Below, piece after piece: positions 11,561-22,546 of a stretch of DNA of 34,854 nucleotides (position 1 is the stretch's first letter; each line of letters opens with the position of its first letter). Below the pieces are notes generated by a model that was not told the origin of the DNA, did no database searches, and worked only from the letters and a program-made list of their open reading frames with translations. Source of the stretch: Tubiluchus corallicola (Eukaryota; Animalia; Priapulida). The stretch spans positions 1-34,854 of the forward strand of contig JAQGDQ010001555.1 of NCBI GenBank assembly GCA_030141605.1. The letters run 5' to 3'. The position numbers and the translations under genes are program-made.

Positions 11561-11665
11561 CTGACGCACGAAAGAGGAGAGAGTGTTCACACCAAGAGAA
11601 ATCTTACAACGTTGCAAGCAGAAATAAGTCAACTGGGAAATGATCTACATGCGAAATGCGATGAG
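11561..11665 (+). CDS. GOLGA3: GOLGA3-like exon (LTHERGESVHTKRNLTTLQAEISQLGNDLHAKCDE)
   Basis: ttgtttgcag| and GAG|GTAAAG, 105 nt, phase 0-0. Resembles recalled AKVEAGHNRRHFKAASLELSEVKKELQAKEHL. Confidence 0.88.
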
Positions 11666-11699
11666 GTAAAGACTGTACAGACTCAGTGCCATTGTTGTT

Positions 11700-12176
11700 A
11701 GGGAATACAGTTTAAGTACAGACTGTCAGTATAACTGTTACTAAGGAATACAGACTACCAGTATCACTGTTGCTAAGGAATACAGACTGTCAGTATCACT
11801 GTTGCTAAGGAATACAGACTGTCAGTATCACTGTTGCTAAGGAATACAGACTGTCAGCCTCACTGTTGCTAAGGAATACAGACTGTCAGTATAACTGTTG
11901 CTAAGGAATACAGATTGTCAGTATCACTGTTGCTTAGGAATACAGACTGTCAGTATCACTGTTGCTAAGGAATACAGACTGTCAGTATCACTGTTGCTAA
12001 GGAATACAGATTGTCAGTATCACTGTTGCTAGGGAATACAGACTGTCAGTATCACTGTTGCTAAGGAATACAGACTGTCAGTATCACTGTTACTAAGGAA
12101 TACAGACTGTCAGTATCCCTGTTGCTAAGGAATACAGGTTAGGTACAGACTGTCAGTATTCCTGTTGCTAAGGAAC
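11700..12176. repeat. 32-bp tandem array (~14 copies)
   Basis: Unit aggaatacagactgtcagtatcactgttgcta. A degenerate copy begins just after the donor at 11666. Confidence 0.95.
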
Positions 12177-13067
12177 AGTAGATCATGTAATGGCGCGGTC
12201 TGAACAGTATTGCCTGAGATTAAAAATAAAAAACAAAAAAATTCTTTTTAACGCGAATGCTATAAACGCATAAAATTGCTACCAAGTAATATAATTTTTA
12301 AGGTGATTTTTCTGAAACCGCCTTCAGGTACCCATTTTCTTGTCTTTTAAGTTCAAATTTTTATTAAACTCACTTGCGATCAACTTCAAGATACTCAAAG
12401 GAATTTATTCGACTATTAAACTTATATAATTGCTTCTAAGAGCTATCTTACTAAACTGCTGAATGCGTACGGGTGTCATCTTACCAATCGGCTGAAATTG
12501 CCTCTATCTATGGTCATCGTACCAGACGATGAGTCTTCTGATCAGATACATGAGATTGAGAATAGAATTATTATTACCAAAGGTTTAAATTTTGCCATAT
12601 ATGTCCCCCCCCCCTCTGACAAGCTAATAGAAGTCTTTTGTTATAGACTTGAGATTAGCAGTGTATCTGTTCTGTTCAGATATTTGGGGTTGCTTTAGAT
12701 GAGTTCTGACTAGACGATTGTTTTCCAAGCCTCAGCACCAGATGCTTGAGTTTGTCCATACATGTCCTCTGACAAGCTAATTGAGCCAGTCTGTGTATCT
12801 TGTTATATTTTTGATTATTAATGTTTTTGGTGGAAAGAGCTTGGTGTTCAATAGAACTACAATCTGCATTGATCGTGACAACCATGATCATTGTGTTGGA
12901 TTTGTGATCCGAAAGTTCCTGGTTCAAACCCAGGCTCTTTTCCTTCCTTTCAATCAAAGTAAATTATTTAATGATGTTGGATTTATTTAGTATTTTTAAA
13001 ATTAAAATTTTACCAATTAATGAATCATTAAAAAATTACCAAGTGAAAAGAAAGACTTTTGATCCAG

Positions 13068-13241
13068 GTGGCCTCGCTGCGGTTCGAGTTGGACCACCTC
13101 CGTAGTACGGAAAGCAACCACAAGGAGAGCTGCATTCGCCTGGACACGGAATGCCGGACGTTGCGATCTGACCTGGAGCGTCTCCAGCGGCAGTTAGTGG
13201 ATTGCGAAGCGAAGGATCCGGTTCTGGGAGAGCATATCAAG
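13068..13241 (+). CDS. GOLGA3: GOLGA3-like exon (VASLRFELDHL...LQRQLVDCEAKDPVLGEHIK)
   Basis: ttttgatccag| and AAG|GTCTGG, 174 nt, phase 0-0. Resembles recalled LQLLQKQLDEQLSKQPVGNQEME. Confidence 0.87.
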
Positions 13242-13640
13242 GTCTGGGTTCATGTCTAATGTTGGGCTAACTTTTCTGAAAAATCGTAGAATTTTTTCCA
13301 TTGTGGTTTTTGTCGATGCTTGATTGTTTTTTTAATAACGAAGATATAATCTGTAAATGAGACTTTGTTTTTTAACTTCATTGTGTGCGTGTGTCATGGT
13401 GTGGGAAACAATCGAAAGAGTTTGCTAACAAAAGTTGAATGACGGTGACTCCGGACTTTTTTCAGTTTTATGGACGGTTTTTAGTTAATGATTATTGCTG
13501 TTTGCATTCTGCTTAAATTTCTAAGGTAAATTTTTTCTATTTGGTTTACACGACGACAGTCACGGTTCATTCTAAAGCGGCCTGATTAAATCACAGTTTC
13601 TGTTATATTTTTGCATTGCTTTGTTGCCGTTCTTGGCAAT

Positions 13641-14258
13641 CAGCGTCTGCACTAATCACAACTGTATTTAATCAGAGTTTGCTTTTAGTTAGTGGATAAA
13701 AGTTGTTTGTGTGTCAGCGTCTGCACTAATGACAACTGTATTAAATCAGAGTTGGCTTTTAGTTAGTGGATAAAAGTTGTTTGTGTGTCAGCGTCTGCAC
13801 TAATCACAACTGTATTAAATCAGAGTTGGTTTTTAGTTAGTGGATAAAAGTTGTTTGTGTGTCAGCGTCTGCACTAATCACAACTGTATTAAATCAGAGT
13901 TGGCTTTTAGTTAGTGGATAAAAGTTGTTTGTGTGTCAGCGTCTGCACTAATCACAACTGTATTAAATCAGAGTTGGATTTTAGTTAGTGGATAAAAGTT
14001 GTTTGTGTGTCAGCGTCTGCACTAATCACAACTGTATTAAATCAGAGTTGGCTTTTAGTTAGTGGATAAAAGTTGTTTGTGTGTCAGCGTCTGCACTAAT
14101 CACAACTGTATTAAATCAGAGTTGGCTTTTAGTTAGTGGATAAAAGTTGTTTGTGTGTCAGCGTCTGCACTAATCACAACTGTATTAAATCAGAGTTGGC
14201 TTTTAGTTAGTGGATAAAAGTTGTTTGTGTGTCAGCGTCTCTGCACTAATCACAACTG
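13641..14258. repeat. 74-bp tandem array (~8 copies)
   Basis: Unit cagcgtctgcactaatcacaactgtattaaatcagagttggcttttagttagtggataaaagttgtttgtgtgt. Confidence 0.96.
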
Positions 14259-14388
14259 CATGAAAGCTTGCATGTGTGTGGAGAAAGGGTCCTCGGAATT
14301 GAAGTTGACACTGAAATGACACTGAAAATTTGGTTTGTTTGTTACTGTCATATATGTGCTGGTGTTTCACAGTTCTTGCTATTGACAG

Positions 14389-14505
14389 ATGCTCAGTTGG
14401 CATTTGAAACAGAAGAACATCGAGGTGGACGGACTTCGGGAAAAACTCACGTTGGCCGAGCAGCGGCAGCGAGAAGAAATAGAAAATGTGAGGAAAAACC
14501 ACCAG
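14389..14505 (+). CDS. GOLGA3: GOLGA3-like exon (MLSWHLKQKNIEVDGLREKLTLAEQRQREEIENVRKNHQ)
   Basis: attgacag| and CAG|GTGAGA, 117 nt, phase 0-0. Resembles recalled NLKWEVDQKEREIQSLKQQLDLTEQQGRKELEGL. Confidence 0.9.
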
Positions 14506-14761
14506 GTGAGAAATAGAAAATGTGAGAAAAAATCACCAGATGAGAAATAGAAAATGTGAGAAAAAATCACCAGGTGAGAAATAGAAAATGTGAGAAAAAA
14601 TCACCACGTGAGAAATAGAAAATGTGAGAAAGAATCACCAGGTGAGAAATAGAAAATGTGAGAAAGAATCACCGTGAGAAATAGAAAATGTGAGAAAAAA
14701 TCACCACGTGAGAAATAGAAAATGTGAGAAAGAATCACCAGGTGAGAAATAGAAAATGTGA
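14475..14761 (+). repeat. 34-bp tandem array (~8.5 copies) made of the exon 3' end plus its donor
   Basis: Unit agaaatagaaaatgtgagaaaaaatcaccag|gtg; the first copy is the real exon end. Confidence 0.95.
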
Positions 14762-14857
14762 AATGTTTAATGTAAAGCCGGATGATTGTGTAAACATTAA
14801 TTCAGAGTAAAGTGTTGCTCTAAAATATTGAAAACTACAATAGTTTTCTTTAAAATA

Positions 14858-15235
14858 ATAATTACCTCGGATAGTTAAATTCTGTTAAACTTTCAAAGCT
14901 ACTCGCAGCTCAGCGAATCCACTAAGATTGGCAGTGGTAGCTTTTTGTCACACTCGCATGCCGAGAAATCGGCGCGGTACCTTGATAAGCGTGAAGTGCA
15001 GTGTTCGTCTGTGACGGCAGTGCGACGTAGAGCTCATTTTTCTGACATCACATCAACATCTTATAACAATCTTCGCTTCACAAACGTGCTTGACGCGCAG
15101 GGAAGATGCATGCCTACCATTGCACAAACTGTGGCTAGTTTGTGACATAAGTGATAATTATTCAAAGATAAGGAACAATTGCTAACTTTTATAAGCAAGA
15201 AAATGTATATTTTGGACAGTAAATTAAAATGAGAT
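14858..15235 (+). mobile_element. Unclassified dispersed repeat (second copy at 32834-33098)
   Basis: Shared start ataattacctcggatagttaaa, internal blocks (gcagtgttcgtctgtgacg, tagagctcattt) and end ttggacagtaaattaaaatgagat. Confidence 0.75.
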
Positions 15236-15496
15236 TGAGTCAAATCAGGTGATTTTGTTTCTGTTAATAGAAAAACAAGCTTTTCAGATTTCTGTGTGGC
15301 GTTCAATAGAAATGTTTTTTTGGTAATTAAAAATGTGGTTTGTAGGTGTGTTCATTCGTTGACGTACTTAAACCATTTTGTTTGCCTTTTTTCCCATTTT
15401 TTTAAAGAGAACTTTTTATGATGTTTGAGGTTTATACTGAGAGATGTCAGCACAGTTACGATTATAAGGACGGTAACTCGAATCCAACCGGACTGA

Positions 15497-15655
15497 AAAA
15501 ACTTTGAGTTAGGCAACGTTGACCATTTTTCAGCATAGAAACTCTAAACCCCTCCTCCAGATGGCGAGCTAAATTCAAAAACACTTTGAGTTAGGTGAAG
15601 TTGACCATTTTCCAGCATAGAAACTCTAAACCCCTCCTCCAGATGACGAGCTAAA
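15497..15655. repeat. ~80-bp direct duplication
   Basis: actttgagttagg...catagaaactctaaacccctcctccagatg(g/a)cgagctaaa occurs twice. Confidence 0.85.
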
Positions 15656-15875
15656 CAGAAGACAGAAAGTTCAACCCTATACATAAATGATGAGATTTGA
15701 TGACAGTTACATAAAGAATAAGAAATTATGTAGTGAAACACCATTATTTGATGTTACAGAAGACACATACAAAACACTGTTACACAACATAACAGTGAGG
15801 CTAGTAATCTCTTACACACTGCAGTTCAGTTTTGAGTTAGGCGAACTAAATTACATGTATTTTGATTGACTAAAT

Positions 15876-16300
15876 CAGGGATGTGCAAATTATCTGACTA
15901 GCTGGGCCACATTAAACTTTCCCACAATTCCTGCGGGCCACAGGCAGTTTGATCAAGGAGCCAAGTACAGAAAGGCCTAATAAGGGTTTTTTTGCATCCG
16001 ACCTGCGTACATCATTACTGCTACACTCAAGAAACTATTTTAGAAGTTATTAAAATTTATATTAAAAACCAAATATTTCGTCATGTCTGACAGTGACATT
16101 AAGTGATAACGGTCTTGTAAGGGTTAATGCCATCCGATCTAGAGGAAAAAACAACCCGCACTATCTTTACGATATTGGCGCAGACTTCAGCTGGATCGCA
16201 TGGGCCGCACTTTCATTACGTTGACAAACCTCTTCGCGGGCCACACAAGATCTCTCGGCAGGCCGCAAGTGGCCCGCGGGCCGCAGTTTGCACACCCCTG
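15876..16300. mobile_element. Non-autonomous hAT (Buster/Charlie-type) MITE, 425 bp
   Basis: TIRs cagggatgtgcaaa / tttgcacacccctg. Perfect 8-bp TSD GACTAAAT (15868-15875, 16301-16308) with a central TA, plus subterminal gcgggcc(g/a)ca motifs. Confidence 0.92.
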
Positions 16301-16438
16301 GACTAAATGATAATTTTTAATTTTGACTTACGCGGAGTTTACTGCCCTACACTTCTAGCTGTTTGTTTTATTATCTAGCGTTAACCTTCAGCTGATTATC
16401 AATTAAAGTAAAAATCTCTTTTCTATCGTCTATTTTAG

Positions 16439-16564
16439 GTTTCCGTTTCGGAGTTTGACGACTTGAGACGGGAGTTGACAAACACGAGGCAGGAGAAGTT
16501 TCGTGATCAAGCCCGACAGGTGGAGCTGCGAGCGGCGCTAAAAGCCACGGTGGAACAGAATGGG
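16439..16564 (+). CDS. GOLGA3: GOLGA3-like exon (VSVSEFDDLRRELTNTRQEKFRDQARQVELRAALKATVEQNG)
   Basis: tctattttag| and GGG|GTAGGT, 126 nt, phase 0-0. Resembles recalled DLSMTQKDKFMLQAKVSELKNNMKTLLQQN. Confidence 0.9.
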
Positions 16565-16616
16565 GTAGGTTGCGGTGCTCAGCTTCTTGAGCTTTAGACG
16601 GTCGCTGTGTGTGCTT

Positions 16617-16659
16617 AGTGAAGGAACACTGATCTCGGTCAGTGTATGGATGGGTGACC
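16617..16659 (+). pseudogene. Degenerate 5S rRNA-like internal-promoter fragment (5S pseudogene or 5S-derived SINE relic)
   Basis: agtgaaggaacactgatctcggtcagtgtatggatgggtgacc aligns without gaps to the recalled 5S box A-IE-box C region (agttaagcaac...ggttagtacttggatgggtgacc). Confidence 0.5.
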
Positions 16660-17075
16660 TGGATGCTTCTCATAGTTTATTAGGTCGAAGGAAGAAGGGT
16701 GGTTTCATGTGAAGACATGTCCCAAACACCTTTGCTGTTACCTTGTGTGACCTTACAGTATTGATAAGCGATGAAGGTGACGCTCCCGCTACAACCAGGG
16801 CGGCGCTGCTGTCGAGGGCTGGATTTCGGGGTGCTAATATTAACAAGTTTCTCCCGGAGGTGCTTCATAATCGCATTAATTAATGGACGCCGTGATCAGA
16901 AAATGACGGTGGTAACGAGGCTCAAATTTAACTCTGATGAGTTTCCAACTGACCATGATCATGTTTAATTAACTTTCCCAATAGAAATAGAAATGAAGAA
17001 AAAATTGACAAACTTCTTTGTTTCTTACAATTAGATTTGAAACCTGAGAGCTTTGCACAGTGAATGATGCTACAT

Positions 17076-17409
17076 GTGTCGCCATCTACTGTTCGTTAAA
17101 TTAACCATTATGCATTAATTCCTTCCTACTGCACCATTCAAAATAAATCTTATAAGACCCATGAGTTTTTCTGCTACTGTATGAGCACAGACATAACTAA
17201 ATGATTACAAATTAGGTAATTACTAATTACACGTGTCGCCATCTACTGTTCGTTAAATTAACAAAAGGCCTTTTCAACTATGCATTAATTCCTTCCTACT
17301 GCACCATTTAAAATAGATCGTATAAGATATATAGATCTTATAAATAGACCTATGACTTTTCTGATACTGTATGAGTACAGACATAACTAAATGATTACAA
17401 ATTAGGTAC
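17076..17409. repeat. ~160-175-bp direct duplication
   Basis: gtgtcgccatctactgttcgttaaattaac...gacataactaaatgattacaaattaggta occurs twice. Confidence 0.88.
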
Positions 17410-18046
17410 TGTTCTATTCAGGAGAATCTCGGCTGTCGTATCATGCTATTTGCTTAAACATTTATAAGTGATTTAATTGGATAAAATTAAGAAAAACACA
17501 CTCTTTTTAGGCCCTCTGGCCTTGCCTATTGAGTAGCTTAGTCTGGTGTACACTTGTGTGATCGTACACACTATTTTATTGATCACCTGCTTGCTCCAGC
17601 CCAAGAGAACAGAGTTCCAGGAAGAACCAACCGATCAGTCAAGCACAAATTAAAGTCGTTTCAACTTTTAACAGGAATTTCTTCTTAAAAATAGAGTAGA
17701 CTTGAGACCAAAGTTTATCAGAGTGTTGTGTCTGGACAGTTGAAATTTTCTACATTAGCTGATTTCACACAAGTGATATTGTACATTGTTACAGTACAAA
17801 CACTGCAGTTACTGAAAGATTTTTTTCAATTTATTCATCAAAAATGGATTTTTTAATTTGTCTAAGGTAAGCAAATGCATGTCATATATAATTTTACTTG
17901 AAAGTCCATTGTGTGAGGAGCAGAAACTTACTAAAATTATCGAGTATAATGTAATCGCTGCTTAGTGAGAGCAGTTTTTCATGAAGCCATGCAAAATGTA
18001 GCGCTAACCTCTTACAGTCGTTGTAAAAGTTTTTGTTTTTTTGCAG

Positions 18047-18168
18047 CTGCTGCAGAGGCAGTTGAGAGGTGAATTATCGCAGGAAGAAGTTGATGTAAAC
18101 CCACCCGCGTACGACATGGCAGCAGTAGAGCAGTTACTGCAGCAGAGTAATGAAATAGCAAAATCAAG
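18047..18168 (+). CDS. GOLGA3: GOLGA3-like exon (LLQRQLRGELSQEEVDVNPPAYDMAAVEQLLQQSNEIAKSR)
   Basis: tttttttgcag| and AAG|GTTTGT, phase 0 to 2, matching the next exon. Confidence 0.87.
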
Positions 18169-18234
18169 GTTTGTGACTCAAACTGCTACTGATAATATTT
18201 ATGATAATATGCATTTACCACAGAGTATTCACTA

Positions 18235-19330
18235 TCAATCAATCAGTCAATTTAATCAATCAATCAATTTATTTCACTCCAGCAATACATATACAATACA
18301 TCAACATACAATATTATTGAGACAAAAAGAAACAGTATAGGTAAAAAAAACGTTGATGAAGTCAAATTAACCAAATAAAAGAGTTGCTGTATGACACCTT
18401 GAAAGCTTGGCTAGTTAGGGTGGCATAAATGAGTAAATGAAAGAATGGTTAGGGTTAGTAGACATGATGGAATGGAAAAAATAGTAAGATTAGGGATAGG
18501 AAGAAGGAAGGGAGGGGAGGATGAGTGAATGAAAGAATGGTTAGGGTAAGTAGACATGATGGAATGGAAAAAAATAGTAAGATTAGGGATAGGAAGAAGG
18601 AAGGGAGGAGAGGATGTGAATGAAAGAATGGTTAGGGTTAGTAGACATGATGGAATGAAAAAAAATAGTAAGATTAGGGATAGGAAGAAGGAAGGGAGGG
18701 GAGGATGAGTGAATGAAAGAATGGTTAAGGTTAGTAAACATGATGGAATGGAAAAAAATAGTAAGATTAGGGATAGGAAGAAGGAAGAGAGGAGAGGATG
18801 AGTGAATGAAAGAATGGTTAAGGTTAGTAGACATGATGGAATGGAAAAAATAGTAAGATTAGGGATAGGAGGAAGGAAGGGAGGGGAGGATGAGTGAATG
18901 AAAGAATGGTTAGGGTTAGTAGACATGATGGAATGGAAAAAAATAGTAAGATTAGGGAGAGGAAGAAGGAAGAGAGGAGAGGATGAGTGAATGAAAGAAT
19001 GGTTAGGGTTAGTAGACATGATGGAATGAAAAAAATAGTAAGATTAGGGATAGGAAGAAGGAAAAGAGGAGAAGAAACGACCACAGTGTATGTTTAATTT
19101 ACATAGAGGTATATTACAATAGCATTATAATTGATTGGAGGCCATATATTGCAACTGCATGAGACATAGAAGCATTAAAATTGTATTATAAGTATGAATC
19201 AAAAATGGTCCTTTTCAAGTACTTTTTGAAACTATAAATAGTTTTGTGTATTTTTACCTGGGCACTTATTTTATTCCAGTTATTGGGGGCTGTGAATTTA
19301 ATAAAATGCTTGGCACTATTTTTACATACC
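18235..19330 (-). mobile_element. 5'-truncated L2/CR1-group LINE 3' end, with a tandem array expanded inside its 3' UTR
   Basis: Minus-strand peptide VCKNSAKHFIKFTAPNNWNKISAQVKIHKTIYSFKKYLKRTIFDSYL* resembles the CR1/L2 ORF2 C-terminal 'P..WN.L...SFK..LK' motif. The tail is AATAAA followed by (TTGA)n at 18235-18273. Confidence 0.65.
18428..19072. repeat. ~92-bp purine-rich tandem array (~7 copies)
   Basis: Unit gaatgaaagaatggttagggttagtagacatgatggaatggaaaaaatagtaagattagggataggaagaaggaagggaggggaggatgagt. Confidence 0.95.
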
Positions 19331-19556
19331 TAGTTCTAGTACAGATCAATAAGCCTTTCCACAGTTCCAGCGATTGATGGTGATCGTGAAAAGGTCAAAG
19401 GTCAAGTGTAGCAGACAACTCATTTGTGCACACTTGACAATGCCTGGTAGGGCTTGCTATTGTAATAGTAACAGTTTTAACAGCTAGCTAGAACCTTACC
19501 TAGTTCATTTTTTCTTGTTTCCAAACAAGATCCTGTTAGTAAATCACTCTACGCAC

Positions 19557-19752
19557 AGACTAATGCATAATTAAGTAAAGCCCACGTAAAGAACTGAAGT
19601 CACTGAACTGATACTACAGACAGCTTTGCATTACCCACATGTCACGTGACGATGGTAGTTAAGACTAATGCATAATTAAGTAAAGCACACGTAAAGAACT
19701 AAAGTTACTGAACTGATACACAAGACAGCTTTGCTTTACACACATGTTACGT
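19557..19752. repeat. ~105-bp direct duplication
   Basis: agactaatgcataattaagtaaagc(c/a)cacgtaaagaact...gacagctttgc occurs twice. Confidence 0.85.
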
Positions 19753-19891
19753 GGTGGTGTAGTTAAGACACGTTGCTGCATCAGCGAAACTGTGAAAAGG
19801 CTTACTCTAACGAATATTGTTGTTGTTATAAGTATGACATCATCAGATGTGACATCATCAGACACGTTCTTATTCTCACTGTTATTTGCAG

Positions 19892-20005
19892 ACCAGTGAA
19901 TACGCTACAAGCGTGTCTGAAAAGTCTTCGAGAGGAAATGGCTTTGCTCAAACACGAGGTCACAGAGCACACGGCGGCCATCCAGAACTCTGCGGAATCG
20001 TGGAA
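19892..20005 (+). CDS. GOLGA3: GOLGA3-like exon (RPVNTLQACLKSLREEMALLKHEVTEHTAAIQNSAESWK)
   Basis: ttatttgcag| and GAA|GTAAGT, phase 2-2. Strong match to the recalled GOLGA3 C-terminal PLKNLNSCLQQLKQEMDSLQRQMEEHALTVHESLSSW. Confidence 0.92.
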
Positions 20006-21737
20006 GTAAGTGGCAGGGGAAGGGTTAACCCTAACTTAACCCTAATTTCTTTGTGTGGGAGGAATTGTAAACTTTAGCCGTGCCAAGTAACTCTGCAGAA
20101 TCGTGGAAGTAAGTGGCAGGGGAAGGGTTAACCCTAACTTAACCCTAATTTCTTTGTGTGGGAGGAATTGTAAACTTTAGCCGTGCCAAGTAACTCTGCA
20201 GAATCGTGGAAGTAAGTGGTAGGGGAAGGATTAACCCTAACTTAACCCTAATTTCTTTGTGTGGGAGGAATTGTAAACTTTAGCTGTGCCAAGTAACTCT
20301 GCCGAATCGTGGAAGTAAGTGGCAGGGGAAGGGTTAACCCTAACTTAACCCTAATTTCTTTGTGTGGGAGGAATTGTAAACTTTAGCGGTGCTAAGTAAC
20401 TGCCGAATCGTGGAAGTAAGTGGTAGGGGAAGGATTAACCCTAACTTAACCCTAATTTCTTTGTGTGGGAGGAATTGTAGACTTTAGTCTTGCCAAGTAA
20501 CTCTGCCGAATCGTGGAAGTAAGTGGCAGGGGAAGGGTTAACCCTAACTTAACCCTAATTTCTTTGTGTGGGAGGAATTGTAAACTTTAGCCATGCCAAG
20601 TAACTCTGCAGAATCGTGGAAGTAAGTTGCAGGGGAAGGGTTAACCCTAACTTAACCCTAATTTCTTTGTTTGGGAGGAATGGTAAACTTTAGCCATGCC
20701 AAGTAACTCTGCCGAATCGTGGAAGTAAGTGGCAGGGGAAGGGTTAACCCTAACTTAACCCTAATTTCTTTGTGTGGGAGGAATTGTAAACTTTAGCCAT
20801 GCCAAGTAACTCTGCCGAATCGTGGAAGTAAGTAGCAGGGGAGGATTAACCCTAACTTAACCCTAATTTCTTTGTGTGGGAGGAATTGTAAACTTTAGCC
20901 ATGCCAAGTAACTCTGCAGAATCGTGGAAGTAAGTGGCAGGGGAAGGGTTAACCCTAACTTAACCCTAATTTCTTTGTGTGGGAGGAATTGTAAACTTTA
21001 GCCGTGCCAAGTAACTCTGCGGAATCGTGGAAGTAAGTGGCAGGGGAAGGGTTAACCTTAACTTAACCCTAATTTCTTTGTTTGGGAGGAATTGTAAACT
21101 TTAGCCATGCCAAGTAACTCTGCAGAATCGTGGAAGTAAGTGGCAGGGGAAGGGTTAACCCTAACTTAACCCTAATTTCTTTGTGTGGGAGGAATTGTAA
21201 ACTTTAGCCGTGCCAAGTAACTCTGCCGAATCGTGGAAGTAAGTGGCAGGGGAAGGGTTAACCCTAACTTAACCCTAATTTCTTTGTGTGGGAGGAATTG
21301 TAAACTTTAGCCATGCCAAGTAACTCTGCAGAATCGTGGAAGTAAGTTGCAGGGGAAGGGTTAACCCTAACTTAACCCTAATTTCTTTGTTTGGGAGGAA
21401 TGGTAAACTTTAGCCATGCCAAGTAACTCTGCCGAATCGTGGAAGTAAGTGGCAGGGGAAGGGTTAACCCTAACTTAACCCTAATTTCTTTGTGTGGGAG
21501 GAATTGTAAACTTTAGCCATGCCAAGTAACTCTGCCGAATCGTGGAAGTAAGTAGCAGGGGAGGATTAACCCTAACTTAACCCTAATTTCTTTGTGTGGG
21601 AGGAATTGTAAACTTTAGCCATGCCAAGTAACTCTGCAGAATCGTGGAAGTAAGTGGCAGGGGAAGGGTTAACCCTAACTTAACCCTAATTTCTTTGTGT
21701 GGGAGGAATTGTAAACTTTAGCCGTGCCAAGTAACTC
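19986..21737 (+). repeat. 103-bp tandem array (~17 copies) containing the exon 3' end and its GTAAGT donor
   Basis: Unit aactctgc(a/c/g)gaatcgtggaa|gtaagtggcaggggaagggttaaccctaacttaaccctaatttctttgtgtgggaggaattgtaaactttagccgtgccaagt. Confidence 0.97.
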
Positions 21738-21960
21738 GGCTTTTACCGCAAAATATGCTTTATATACGTGGCTTTTGCATGCTGCAATTTTTCGTAAAAT
21801 CTGTGATTTTAGGCAGTAAATATCTGTGGAGTCCGCATATCCGCCACTAATTTGCTATCCGCATATCCGCAAAATATTGCGGGTACCGCCACCGCAAATC
21901 CGCTATCCGCCCCATCTCTGAAAGACACATTGTTTTGTCAATAGGTGGCAGCAGTAGTCT

Positions 21961-22115
21961 CATCATCATCATACGCCCGTCATGTCTATTGTAGACATTG
22001 GGCAGGCAGAATTCTAAAATAAAAGAAATCTGCCTTCAGACAGGTAAATGCAGCAGTAATCCAGCAAAAAAACTAGACACTGCTACATCAGTGGCTTGTC
22101 AGCACCACTTCCGCA
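21961..22115 (-). mobile_element. Truncated SINE/LINE 3' end with (GAT)n tail and target-site duplication
   Basis: TSD CAGTAGTC(T/C) at 21952-21960 and 22116-22124. Hairpin atgtcta-ttg-tagacat lies next to the (ATC)n tail. Homologous copy at 23040-23216. Confidence 0.75.
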
Positions 22116-22229
22116 CAGTAGTCCAATATGACACCAACTGCAATTTTCTGTAAAATCTGCGATTTTAGGCAGTAAATATCTTGAGTCGGCATATCCGCTA
22201 TTAATTCGCTATCCTCCCCGTCTCTGAAA

Positions 22230-22546
22230 GACACATTGTTTTGTCAATAGGTGGCAGCACTAGTCTAATATGACATGAACTAAATTTTGACTCACGGTAG
22301 TTTAATCAGATTTCATCTCTTAGCGTGCAAATAATTAATCCCGATGTTTCACATATTTTCAGGCAGGTGGAGACACAGGTGCGCGTGACACATTGTTTTG
22401 TCAATAGGTGGCAGCACTAGTCTAATATGACATGAACTAAATTTTGACTCACGGTAGTTTAATCAGATTTCATCTCTTAGCGTGCAAATAATTAACCCCA
22501 AATGTTTCACATATTTTCAGGCAGGTGGAGACACAGGTGCGCGTGA
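22230..22546 (+). repeat. ~158-bp tandem duplication including the last acceptor and 26 nt of the terminal exon
   Basis: catattttcag|gcaggtggagacacaggtgcgcgtga occurs at 22363 and at 22521. Confidence 0.93.

Noticed and set aside
12890-12940. tRNA gene (GGTTCAAACCC B-box-like; a similar trace on minus at ~1285-1350)
   Set aside because: No cloverleaf or convincing A box; at most a decayed tRNA-SINE head.
20020-21690. Telomeric (TTAGGG)n tract (also GGTTAGGGTTAG at 18446-19012)
   Set aside because: Only one or two interrupted hexamers per unit inside larger intronic repeats, so not a telomere or true interstitial telomeric array.
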